In this document: positions 49,936-60,300 of the stretch, piece by piece
Position numbering within the stretch: position 1 is the first letter of the stretch
Layout of the letters: every line of letters begins with the position of its first letter
From: Candidatus Latescibacterota bacterium
GTDB lineage: Bacteria > Latescibacterota > UBA2968 > UBA8231
DNA length: 64,000 nt
Assembly (NCBI GenBank): GCA_965243025.1
Contig: CBDETY010000003.1
Span: forward strand, 768,001-832,000
Direction: 5' to 3'
The notes under the pieces: generated by a model
Told to the model about the DNA's origin: nothing
The model's database searches: none
What the model saw: the letters and a program-made list of their open reading frames with translations, nothing else
Position numbers and translations under genes: made by a program

Positions 49936-49986
49936 GCGAACATCGAAGGCACCGGAACTTCACCACCCCCAAAGGGAGGAATCCCG

Positions 49987-50739
49987 ATGAAACGCACCGT
50001 GTCTTTTTCAATTGCTCTGTTCACGGGTCTGGCATCCACCGTTCGGGCCGACCTGGTACCGTTCGAAGGACAGGTGCTGGATCTGAGGTCCGCCCCGGTC
50101 CATCGCGCCGAGGTCGTGCTTTTCAACCTCGACAACCCGAGTTCGAGGGTGAGCACGACCACGGACGAAAGCGGCTCGTTCTCGCTGTCCCTGAACGACC
50201 TGGTCCTGCCGCGGTCGAACGCGCTGGGGCAGAACTACCCCAATCCCTTCAACCCTTCCACCCTGATACCCTTCGAGATCTCCGAGAGCGGACACGTTCG
50301 CCTGGACGTGTTCAACATCCTGGGCCAGCGCGTGGTCACGCTGATAGATGAACCGCGCCGGGCGGGTCTTTACAAGGCGCAGTGGGACGCCACCGACGCC
50401 GCGGGCCGTCCGGTCGGTACCGGGGTCTACCTCTACCGGCTCGCCACAGGGAACTGGCAGGAGGCGCGCAAGCTGGTGCTGATCGACGGCCCGGCGGGGA
50501 GCCCGGGCGGGAGCGGCGGGAACATCGAGGGAGGGGGGGCCAGGTACGGGGTGGAGATCTCCGGCGGGGAGATCATCCCGGCGACCTTCACCTGGAGCCC
50601 GGACATGGGCTCACTGGCGGCGCAGGTGACCAGCGTGAACAACGTCATTCCCCTCGATCTCGGGGATTCCGGGATGGCCTCCAATCCCTTCTACGGGACC
50701 AGCCTCGCCTCGGTCATCCAGGTCGTTTCAGCGTTCTGA
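49987..50739 (+). CDS. stand-alone FlgD-Ig/T9SS-CTD-like module protein, copy 1
   Basis: GGGAGG SD, signal peptide, TTTDESGSF, QNYPNPFNPST, FNILGQRV, WDATD, GVYLYRL. Confidence 0.85.
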   Translation: MKRTVSFSIALFTGLASTVRADLVPFEGQVLDLRSAPVHRAEVVLFNLDNPSSRVSTTTDESGSFSLSLNDLVLPRSNALGQNYPNPFNPSTLIPFEISESGHVRLDVFNILGQRVVTLIDEPRRAGLYKAQWDATDAAGRPVGTGVYLYRLATGNWQEARKLVLIDGPAGSPGGSGGNIEGGGARYGVEISGGEIIPATFTWSPDMGSLAAQVTSVNNVIPLDLGDSGMASNPFYGTSLASVIQVVSAF

Positions 50740-50748
50740 CCCAGAATC

Positions 50749-53631
50749 ATGATTCGTCGACTTCAAGCGAGAAACCGAATGAGTTCACGCCATTTTTCGA
50801 ATGATCGAGGTGCGAAACCGAGAACAGGCACCCTCCGGTTGCCCGCAGCCAGCCTGGCCTTGGCGGCTTTCCTGATGCTGAAGGGCGTCCATGGCCCGTC
50901 CGAGGTCTTCGCCGACCACGAGATTGCTACCATGACGGCGATGAACGTGATCTCCGTACCTCCGGATTCCGCCTTCTTCAGCGTTTTCTTTTCGAATGAC
51001 TCCAATGGGGAGACCTACGGGCTGGGAGAGATCATTGAAATCGAGGCCACCTTCAACAGGAGCATGCTGGTAACCGGCAGCGGCGAGGTCAAGATGGACC
51101 TCACCGTCGGCGACTCGACGCGGACCGCCACGTACCATCGCGGATCCGGCACGAGAAAGCTGGTCTTCCGTTACGAAGTGATCGCGACGGACGCGGACAC
51201 CGACGGGATCAGCGCACCCGCGACAGCCTGGAGCGGCAGCGGCACGGTGAAGACCTCCGTTTCCAACTTTGCGGCGGTGTTCACGCCCATAGGGCTCGAC
51301 ACCCAGCCGGGTCACAAGGTGAACGGCAGCCTGGGGCCCTGGGTCACCAACGTGGAAATCACCTCCACCCCTGCCTCCGGCACCGCCTACCGGCATGGAG
51401 AAGAGGTCGAGATCGACGTGACGTACACCGCTCCCGTGCGGGTCGACAGCGTCGACCAACCCTGGTTGCCCTATTTCTGGAACAGGGCGTCGGATGGCAC
51501 GGAACAGCAGAATCTCGCCTGGTACCGGAGCGGAAGCGGTACCAACACGCTGCGCCTCTCCTTTACGGTGAGATCCGAATTCAAGGACACCGACGGGGTC
51601 CGGATCGCGAGTGCTGCCCCTGACAGCCCAGGCCAGAGAAGGGAAAGAATCGTCTGGGCGTTGAACCACGACGGCGTGAGGGCGCCCTGGAGAATGTCAG
51701 GGCTCGATGCGGATGCCAACCACCAGATGAACGGGGAGCCGTACATCAAGGGGGTTGCCATCACCTCGAGCCCGGCCTACGGCACCACCTACCGGCGCAC
51801 GGAGGTGATCCGGATCGCGTTCACCTTCGACCAGAACGTCCGGGTAGAGGGCACCGTAACCAAGAACTTGAAGTTCACCCATGGCGACGGCGAGTTCACC
51901 AGCCCCCATGCCCAATACGCCTCCGGTAACCGCACCAAGGCCCTGGTCTTCAAACACACCGTCGTGGAAGGGGATGAAGACACGGACGGTCTCACCGTCC
52001 TGGCGGGCGATGACGGCGGGTGGGGGGGGAGCGGCAAGATCTGGTCCTCGCGCCCAGATGGTTCTTTGGAGACTTCAGCGCAAGCCGATCTGAGCCACGG
52101 CGAAATCGCGAACGCCGACAGCCACAAGGTGAACGGAGCGCTGACCCTGCCCGCTCCCGGCATCTCGTCGGTCGAGCTGGTAACGGATCCGGGGGACGAC
52201 TCCACATATGTCGCCGGCGACTGGATTGGCGCCAAGGTGACCTTCGACGAAAGCGTGTCGGTCACGGGCACTCCGCAGCTCGGGTTGGCAATCGGGACAA
52301 CGGAGAAGACCGCCCGGTTCGGGCAGGGCTCGTTCGAGGGAAGTGTGAGCCCCGGCGACAGGACCGCCGGCCCGGAGGTGGTCTTCGGCTACCAGGTGCA
52401 GGAAGGCGACCTCGACAGCGACGGCATCGCCATCGGGGAGGACAAGCTCACCCTCAACGGCGGCGCCATCAAGCAGGCCGTGACGGACGTGGCCGCGGAC
52501 CTGAACCACGATCCCGTGACCTCCGATGCCGGCCACAAGGTGGATGCCGTGGCCCCTGTCGTCTCATCCATCGCCGTCAGCTCCCGCGCGGGCGGCGATT
52601 CCCTCTACGCCATCGGCGACAGCATCGAGGTGACGATGACCTTCAGCGAGGAGGTGACCGTTTCCGGCGCCCCGCAACTGGAGCTGGACCTCGGCGGAGA
52701 GGCGAAAGCGGCCGCCTACGATTTCACCGGAGACTCGACCGCGGTCTTTGCCTACGTCGTTCAGGAGGGGGACGCCGACACGGACGGCATCGCCATCGAC
52801 GCCGACACCCTCAGTCTTGGGAACGACAGCGCCATCACGGACCGCGCCGGCAACTCAGCGGAGCTGGCCTACGGGGCCGTAACCGCCGACCGCGCCCACA
52901 GAGTCGACGGGGTGTCTCCGACTCTCAGCTCCGCGGAGGTCTACCACACCGGCAGGAAGGTCAACCTGTTTTTCAGCGAGCACGTCACCGTTCCCCGGAT
53001 TCTCTACACGATCAGGAGCATCGTCAACGTGAATCTCGGTCAGTTCTTCATAGCGGTCCTGACGCTCGAGGTGGACGGCCATCAGGTGAGGCCCAGTTCC
53101 GCCTCTATTCACGGTCTCTCGTTGCAGCTGCAGCTCTACCCCTCGGATCGGGTGACCGAGAGCCAGCGGGTCAAAGTATCCTACGACAACATCTTCGCCA
53201 GCGATGCGGTGGGGCTCTTCATCGACAGGGTCGGCAACCCGTTGGCCAACTTCGGCGCCACCAGTGCACAGAATCTTTCCAACCGGGCGGACGCGGAGGA
53301 ATCGGACGTCGGAGAACTGGTGTTGAGCAGGAACGAATTCAGGGTCACCGAAGGGGAGACAAAAGGGTATACGGTGGCCCTGGAGTCCCAGCCTTCCGAC
53401 AGCGTGACCGTTGCCATCAGCAGCTCCTCGAGCAAGCTGTCGGCCAATCGCGACAGCCTCACCTTCACCACGGATAACTGGAATACGCCGCAGAGGGTGA
53501 GGCTCACCGCCAATCACGACGACGACGACCTGAACTACTGGGTGGCCGTGACCAACAGGGGCAGCGGGGGCGGTTACGAGGGTGCCAGGAAGTGGGTGTT
53601 TGTGGTCATCGACGACGACGATGTGGAATAA
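50749..53631 (+). CDS. secreted adhesin-like protein B, paralog of A
   Basis: 5 Ig-like repeats; shared YDNIFA.DAVGLFID..GN and LNYWV.V...GGGY; ends IDDDDVE. Confidence 0.82.
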   Translation: MIRRLQARNRMSSRHFSNDRGAKPRTGTLRLPAASLALAAFLMLKGVHGPSEVFADHEIATMTAMNVISVPPDSAFFSVFFSNDSNGETYGLGEIIEIEATFNRSMLVTGSGEVKMDLTVGDSTRTATYHRGSGTRKLVFRYEVIATDADTDGISAPATAWSGSGTVKTSVSNFAAVFTPIGLDTQPGHKVNGSLGPWVTNVEITSTPASGTAYRHGEEVEIDVTYTAPVRVDSVDQPWLPYFWNRASDGTEQQNLAWYRSGSGTNTLRLSFTVRSEFKDTDGVRIASAAPDSPGQRRERIVWALNHDGVRAPWRMSGLDADANHQMNGEPYIKGVAITSSPAYGTTYRRTEVIRIAFTFDQNVRVEGTVTKNLKFTHGDGEFTSPHAQYASGNRTKALVFKHTVVEGDEDTDGLTVLAGDDGGWGGSGKIWSSRPDGSLETSAQADLSHGEIANADSHKVNGALTLPAPGISSVELVTDPGDDSTYVAGDWIGAKVTFDESVSVTGTPQLGLAIGTTEKTARFGQGSFEGSVSPGDRTAGPEVVFGYQVQEGDLDSDGIAIGEDKLTLNGGAIKQAVTDVAADLNHDPVTSDAGHKVDAVAPVVSSIAVSSRAGGDSLYAIGDSIEVTMTFSEEVTVSGAPQLELDLGGEAKAAAYDFTGDSTAVFAYVVQEGDADTDGIAIDADTLSLGNDSAITDRAGNSAELAYGAVTADRAHRVDGVSPTLSSAEVYHTGRKVNLFFSEHVTVPRILYTIRSIVNVNLGQFFIAVLTLEVDGHQVRPSSASIHGLSLQLQLYPSDRVTESQRVKVSYDNIFASDAVGLFIDRVGNPLANFGATSAQNLSNRADAEESDVGELVLSRNEFRVTEGETKGYTVALESQPSDSVTVAISSSSSKLSANRDSLTFTTDNWNTPQRVRLTANHDDDDLNYWVAVTNRGSGGGYEGARKWVFVVIDDDDVE

Positions 53632-53640
53632 GGGAGAGGC

Positions 53641-54906
53641 ATGACAAATCGAGGCTGCAAGATGAAACTGTCGGTACTCGCTCTTGCCCTGATGGTTCCA
53701 CTTTCGCTGCGGGCCGACCCGGACGCTCCCCGGCCTCTCGATTCCTGGGAGCTGGCGGACAACAGCCTCAAGTTCCGCGTCGAAACCATCATGGCCCAGC
53801 CGGAAGAAGGGGATGAACCCATACCCGCGATGCCCTCCGTCACCCTGGAACTGTACCAGGGCAACTTCTACAAGCTCTCGATCCTCACCGAGGCAGCGGA
53901 GGGGTATACCTTTCCCCATCCCGGCCCCCCTGTCCACAGTCCTCCCCCTTCAACGAGGGCTACGGCGGGGTTCGGGTATTACAGCACGCAGTCCGATACC
54001 CTGCGGTTCAATGCCCACTATCTGAAGCTGTTCGCAAACGGGAAGGACCTGGAGGAGCTCATCGAGCAGTCTGGCGATGCCGGGGCCCTCGAGGAATACA
54101 AGCTCGTCATTTCCCTGGTCAACGGTCTCTACCTGGATCTGTTCAACCACCTGTACGCGTACGAGTCGGGCGACCGGCTGGTGTTCCTGCTTCCGGCGGG
54201 CAGCCCCTTCACCGCCGGAATGGGGGATCCCGCAAGTGGGGTCGTCTGGGAGCTGGAGAGATCCGGACCACCGCCGTCGACGTCGATGACGGCGGTGGAG
54301 GCCACGGTGCCGGGCGGCGAGACCGCAGGCATGACCGTGGAGTTCGCGCGCGCCGTTTCCGGGCGGGCCGTCCACTACGCCTGGGGCGGGATCACCGACG
54401 AAACCGGCCGGGTGGAGTTGGACCTGTCCACTCTGGACCGGTCCGGAGCCACCGGTTTCTACCGTGCCCGGGCCAGCAACCAGGCGGGCGAAGTGGTGGG
54501 CAAGTGGCACAGCATTCCCCTCAACGAAAACCGCCGCCAGGTCCTGGAGCTGACCCCGGGAGGAGAGGCCCGGGTGGTGTCCAGCGAACGGCTGGACGCG
54601 GCCAAGGCGGTGGCCGGGGGAGAGCCGGTTGCCATCGGCCTGGCGCCCAACTTTCCCAACCCCTTCAACAGCAGCACCCGGATCGTCTACCGGCTGGCAA
54701 GCCCGGGGCCGGTGCGGCTGGAGGTCTACAACACCCTCGGCCAGCCGCTGCGGACGCTTGTTGACGAGGTCCAGCCCGCCGGGCGGTACCAGGTCCACTG
54801 GGACGCCCGCGACCAGCGCGGCGCCGCGGTGGCCGCCGGGGTCTACCTGACGCGCCTGGTCTATCCGGGAGGAGTGGAGACGCGGCGCGTGCTGTATCTC
54901 AAGTAG
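53641..54906 (+). CDS. secreted protein with C-terminal FlgD-Ig/T9SS-CTD-like domain
   Basis: Signal peptide; NFPNPFNSST, YNTLGQ, WDARD, GVYL, ends VLYLK (start may be 53662). Confidence 0.85.
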   Translation: MTNRGCKMKLSVLALALMVPLSLRADPDAPRPLDSWELADNSLKFRVETIMAQPEEGDEPIPAMPSVTLELYQGNFYKLSILTEAAEGYTFPHPGPPVHSPPPSTRATAGFGYYSTQSDTLRFNAHYLKLFANGKDLEELIEQSGDAGALEEYKLVISLVNGLYLDLFNHLYAYESGDRLVFLLPAGSPFTAGMGDPASGVVWELERSGPPPSTSMTAVEATVPGGETAGMTVEFARAVSGRAVHYAWGGITDETGRVELDLSTLDRSGATGFYRARASNQAGEVVGKWHSIPLNENRRQVLELTPGGEARVVSSERLDAAKAVAGGEPVAIGLAPNFPNPFNSSTRIVYRLASPGPVRLEVYNTLGQPLRTLVDEVQPAGRYQVHWDARDQRGAAVAAGVYLTRLVYPGGVETRRVLYLK

Positions 54907-54980
54907 CTCTCCTGAACAGGTCCCTGTGCATACATGAAACCAGGAATCGCGTTACCCCATCCCAAAAGGGAGGAATCCCG

Positions 54981-55736
54981 ATGAAACGCATCGTGCCCTT
55001 TTCAATTGCGGTATTCCTGGGTCTGGCATCTGCCCTTCGGGCCGACCTGGTACCGTTCGAAGGACAGGTGCTGGATCTCAGGTCCGCCCCGGTCCATCGC
55101 GCCGAGGTGGTGCTTTACAAGCTGGACAACCCGGGCTCGAGGGTGAGCACGACAACGGACGAAAACGGTTCGTTCTCGCTGTCCCTGAACGACCTGGTCC
55201 TGCCGCGGTCGAACGCGCTGGGGCAGAACTATCCGAACCCGTTCAACCCCTCCACGCTGATTCCCTTCGAGATCGCCGAAGGCGGGCACGTCCGCCTCGA
55301 CGTGTTCAACATCCTGGGCCAGCGCGTGGTCACGCTGATAGACGAACCGCGCCGGGCTGGTCTTTACAAGGCGCAGTGGGACGCCACCGATGCCGCGGGC
55401 CACCCGGTGGGTACCGGGGTCTACCTCTACCGGCTCACCACCGGGCAATGGCAGGAGGCGCGCAGGCTGGTGCTGATCGACGGTCCTGCGGGAGCTCCGG
55501 GCAGCGGCGGCGGGAACATCGAGGGAGGGGGGACAACCAGGTACGGCGTGGAGATCTCCGGTGAGGAGATCATCCCGGCGACCTTCACCTGGAGCCCGGA
55601 CATGGGCTCCCTGGTGGCCGAGGTGACCAGCGTGAACAACGTCATTCCCCTCGATTTCGAGGATTCCGGGATGGCCTCCAATCCCTTCTACGGGACCAGC
55701 CTCCCCTCGGTCATCCAGGTCGTTTCAGCGTTCTGA
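54981..55736 (+). CDS. stand-alone FlgD-Ig/T9SS-CTD-like module protein, copy 2
   Basis: Near-identical to 49987..50739 including the SD region and stop. Confidence 0.85.
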   Translation: MKRIVPFSIAVFLGLASALRADLVPFEGQVLDLRSAPVHRAEVVLYKLDNPGSRVSTTTDENGSFSLSLNDLVLPRSNALGQNYPNPFNPSTLIPFEIAEGGHVRLDVFNILGQRVVTLIDEPRRAGLYKAQWDATDAAGHPVGTGVYLYRLTTGQWQEARRLVLIDGPAGAPGSGGGNIEGGGTTRYGVEISGEEIIPATFTWSPDMGSLVAEVTSVNNVIPLDFEDSGMASNPFYGTSLPSVIQVVSAF

Positions 55737-55757
55737 CCCGGGACCATCCCCACCGGG

Positions 55758-56119
55758 GCCGGTCGCGGCGCTGGTGTTGGTAACCGACCCGGGAAGCGAA
55801 ACCCCTGTCGATCCGGGTCTCGTAGGGTCGGCCCTCGGCCTGTCGCAGGTGGAGAGCCGGGTGGCGGCGCTACTGGCCGAAGGAAAGACCGTCAGCGAGA
55901 TCGCTTCGGCGACAGGGAGCAAGGTAAGCACCATCCGTGCGCATGTGCAGCACATCTTCGCCAAGCACGGAATCAACCGCCAGGTAGACCTTGTGCGGCT
56001 GGTATTTTCGTCGGTGGCGCTCCTCGCGCCCGGCGTTATTCCCCTCGGATTCCCCCCAAAAAACCCGCCAGTCTCATCAGTTTTGATGATTCGGGGCATC
56101 GCTTTTTCCTCCATATTTC
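55758..56119 (+). repeat. direct repeat of luxR 3' end plus downstream operator/promoter (copy of about 46061-46470)
   Basis: GCGGCGCTGGTGTTGGTAACCGACCCGGGAAGCGA...GACCTTGTGCGGCTGGT near-identical at offset 9697; then TCATCA-GTTT-TGATGA. Confidence 0.9.
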
Positions 56120-56402
56120 CGGACCGGAACTGGTGGGTTTGTTCACCGATGCTGTAATCGACGAATTCTCCCGAGGAGGTATCCGACTGGCATTATGCGG
56201 TGCTGGCCTACCAGAAAGACCTGAAAGCCAAGCTGGACGCTGGTCCCCAGGAAGGTCAGTCCGAGGACGAATTTCTTATCGGGCTGCTGTTTTCCCTTGC
56301 ACTGGAACATCAACCCGACCTGAGTCAAGCCGTTTCCGATATGGATCAGGGAGTCCTGGCTCGCATGCTGCAGGCAGGGTGCATCGATGAGGATATCCTT
56401 AA

Positions 56403-57182
56403 GGAGGGCACATCGACCTGCTTCGCCTCCAGCTGAACCTCGACGAAGCCCTCTCGCTCTACCTGGCGGCCCGCATGCTGTCGGCCTACAGCGACAAGCA
56501 CAATCCGCACGTGGTCGCGTCCCTGCTCAAGCTCGCCGCAACCCTGCCCGACGCCATCGGAGAGCACGTCGAGCAGGCCGCCGTGGCTGTTTCCCAAAGG
56601 CGGCTTGCCCCGGACTACCTGAAAGTTCTGGAAGGCCTTACCCGGGCCTGGGCGGGCAGAAGGCAGGTGCAGCTTGTTTATCGCGATCCCATCACCGGGG
56701 AGCGCTCCGAGCGCCTGTTCGATCCCTTCTTCATCGAGCCCTCCTTCGTGGGCTATTCCTGTTATGTGTTCGGGTTCGATCACTTCCGCCAGGCGATCCG
56801 CTCATTCAAGGTCGAGCGGCTGGAAGATGTAGAGGTGCTCGATACCCGCTTCGAGCCTCTGCCGGACTTCGACCCCTACGACTACCTCAAGCACTCCTGG
56901 GGAATCAGGGGCGGCGACGAGGTAGTGGAAGTGAAGCTGCGCTTTTCCAGAAACGCGGTCTACCGGGTGAATGAATCGGACTGGCCCGGGGTTGTTGCCC
57001 ACGAGGAAGACCGGGAGGGGCGCTGTACGCTGACTTTCCTGGTCAATCACGTTCTGGAAATCAAGTCCTGGATCAGGGCATGGGGACCGGAGTGCGAGGT
57101 GCTGTCCCCGGAGGAACTGCGCCGGGAGATCGGGGAGGAGATGAAGGCGGCGAGGGAGTTGTATGCCGACAACGGGAAATAG
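56403..57182 (+). pseudogene. WYL-WCX domain regulator lacking its N-terminal HTH
   Basis: LNLDEALSLYLAARML, R.FDP, YVFG, RSFKVERL, SWGI, WIRAWG..CEVLSPEELR; in-frame TAA at 56400 with unrelated sequence upstream. Confidence 0.8.
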
Positions 57183-57364
57183 CGGGAATCCCGTTTTCTG
57201 TTGGCGTGCCCGCTGCCTGGGAAATCGATCGGCGATGCGCGATGGATCCGTGACTATCGAATAACGAGCTCCTGCCTTTCGAAACCGCAAGGCAGGGCTG
57301 AAAACTCTTCTGCCAAGAACGCAGCAGATATCCCGAAAGGGCACATGCACGGGGAATTGACCTC

Positions 57365-60300
57365 ATGAAGGTTGCGATCGGCTGTCTCGTATGGTTGTTG
57401 TCGAGCCTGCAGACGGAGGCCGAGCCCTTCGTCGAGGGCCGGGTGAGGCTGGCTTCGGGAGACCCCGCCGCCGGGGCTCAGGTGCTGCTGTTCGATCTGA
57501 CCGACCTGCGCCTGGCGCCGGCGGCGGCGACGACGGACGAGGCGGGATACTTCGCCCTGCCATTCGGGGGATTGCGGGGACGGGTGCCGGTCCGGCCGGA
57601 GCGGTTCGAGCTGGGCCACAACTACCCCAATCCGTTCAATCCCTCCACCGTCATCCCCTACCAGCTGCCGGCCCCGACCCGGGTGCGGCTGGAGATCTTC
57701 AACATCCTCGGACAGCGGGTGACGACCCTGGCCGACGGGGAACGTCCGTCCGGTTTTCACACCGCCCGCTGGAACGCCACCGATGCGTCGGGGCGGGCGG
57801 TGGCCGCCGGAGTCTACTTCTACCGGCTGAAAGGGGACGGGGTGCACCTGACCCGGCGCATGGTGTTGATCGACGGGCAGGCCGGGATTCCTTCGGCCGG
57901 GGCGGGCGGTCCATCCACCGCAGCCCGGGAGGAGGTGGAAACGCCTCCGGTGGCCGGGTTGACGGTCTCGGGAGAGGGGCTGGTCCCCTACCTCGACCCC
58001 GCCTTCCGGGTAGAGCCTGGAATGGCGCCCGTGGACATTGTCGTCGAAGCCCTGGGCGGGGTCCGGCATGGGAAGGCGGCCTCCAGCGGAATCCTGGGGG
58101 ACGTCGACAACAACAGCCGGGTCGACATTTTCGACGCCCTGCTGGTTGCCGTGTACAGCGCCAATCCCAGCCTCGTCATGCCGAACAACGGGGATATAAC
58201 CCTCGGCGACGTCAACCGGGACGGCCGCACGGATCTCACCGACGCCTACCACATCGCCGCCTACACAGTCGATCCCTCAGACCCGACGCTGCCTCCAGGA
58301 ATAGGGGAGGCCCTGACCCAGGGGACCGGGACCGCATCGCTGTCCCCCCTTCCCTCCACCGTCTCCTTCGAGGACGACGGAGTATGGCACCGGTTTACGG
58401 TCCGGGCAGGCGAGCCGATCGTGGTGGTTGCCAACCCCACCGGAACCACCCCGCGCGTGGAGATCAACGCCACCAGCGGCTCCAATTACTGTCCGGCGGA
58501 AGCCGAGGACGACCGGGCGCGCCAGGACGGTCAGGAAGTCTACCTCGCCGGCTGCTCCTCCGGTACGGGTACAGTTGAACTGCGGCGGGCGTCCGACCAG
58601 ACCGTCCTGCAGACCTATACCTTCACGATACGGGAACAGGGAACAGGTGGAGGCGGCGGCGGCACCGGCCCCGACCTGGTCGTCGAGGCCCCTACGGTCA
58701 GCAACGGCAGCCCGACCGCCGGCGCCTCCTTCACCCTGAGGGCCAGAGTCCGCAACCAGGGCGCCGCCCGGTCCAGCTCGACCACCCTGCGCTACTACCG
58801 GTCCACCGACGCGACGGTCTCGGCCAGCGACACCGAAGTCGGAACCGACCTGGTCAGCAGCCTGTCCGCCTCCCGCACCAGCTTCGAGTCGATCAGCCTG
58901 CGCGCTCCATCCAGCGCCGGAACCTACTACTACGGGGCCTGCGTCGAGAGCGTCAGCGGAGAAACCAATACGGGAAACAACTGCTCCGCTTCCGTAACCG
59001 TTACCGTGGGAGCGGCCCCTGCCCCGGATCTCGTCGTCGATGCCCCTACGGTCAGCAACAGCAGCCCGGCCGGCGGCGGTTCCTTCACCCTGAGGACCAC
59101 CGTCCGCAACCAGGGAACCGGGAGGTCAAGCTCGACCACTCTGCGCTACTACCGTTCTACCGACGCGACCGTCTCCACCAGTGACACCGAAGTCGGGACC
59201 GACCGGGTCAGCAGCCTGTCGGCTTCCCGGACCAGTTCCGAGTGGATCAGCCTGCGCGCCCCCTCCAGCGCCGGGACGTACTACTACGGGGCCTGCGTCG
59301 AGAGCGTCACTGGAGAAACCAATACCGGAAACAACTGCTCCGCTTCCGTTACCCTGACCGTAGGGGCGGCTCCGGCCCCCGACCTGGTCGTCGAGGCCCC
59401 TACGGTCAGCAACAGCAGCCCGGCCGCCGGCGGCTCCTTCACCCTGAGGACCACCGTCCGCAACCAGGGAACCGGGAGGTCAAGCTCGACCACTCTGCGC
59501 TACTACCGTTCTACCGACGCGACCGTCTCCACCAGTGACACCGAAGTCGGGACCGACCGGGTCAGCAGCCTGTCGGCTTCCCGGACCAGTTCCGAGTTCA
59601 TCAGCCTGCGCGCCCCCTCCAGCGCCGGGACGTACTACTACGGGGCCTGCGTCGAGAGCGTCACTGGAGAAACCAATACCGGAAACAACTGCTCCGCTGC
59701 CGTGACCCTGACCGTGGGTGCCGCACCCGCCCCGGATCTCGTCGTCGATGCCCCTACGGTCAGCAACAGCAGCCCGGCGGCCGGCGCTTCCTTCACCCTG
59801 AGGACCACCGTCCGAAACCAGGGATCCGGGCGATCAAGCTCGACCACCCTGCGCTACTACCGGTCCACCGACGCCACCGTTTCCACCAGCGATACCGAAG
59901 TCGGCACCGACGTCGTGAGCAGCCTGTCCGCCTCCCGCACCAGCTCCGAGTTCATCAGCCTGCGCGCCCCCTCCAGCGCCGGCACCTACTACTACGGGGC
60001 CTGCGTCGAGAGCGTCACCGGAGAAACCAATACCGGGAACAACTGTTCTGCTGCCGTGACCGTTACCGTGGACGCGGCACCGGCCCCTGACCTGGTCGTC
60101 GACACCCCTACGGTCAGCAACAGCAGCCCGACCGGCGGAGCCTCCTTCACCCTGAGGGCTACGGTCCGCAACCAGGGTGCCGCCCGGTCGGGCTCGACCA
60201 CCCTGTACTACTTCCGATCCACCCACGCGAGGGTCTCCACCGGCGACACCGTCGGCACCGACCCGGTCAGCAGCCTGTCGGCTTCCCGGACCAGTTCCGA

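Noticed and set aside
50737-50751. Stop-codon readthrough/selenocysteine fusing FlgD copy 1 to adhesin B (same frame, one TGA)
   Set aside because: Adhesin B has its own signal-like N-terminus, copy 2 ends at the same TGA, no SECIS-like context is evident, and shared frame is a 1-in-3 chance.
55774-56157. Independent small LuxR gene
   Set aside because: No SD or proper start; it is the duplicated 3' fragment running through the operator region.
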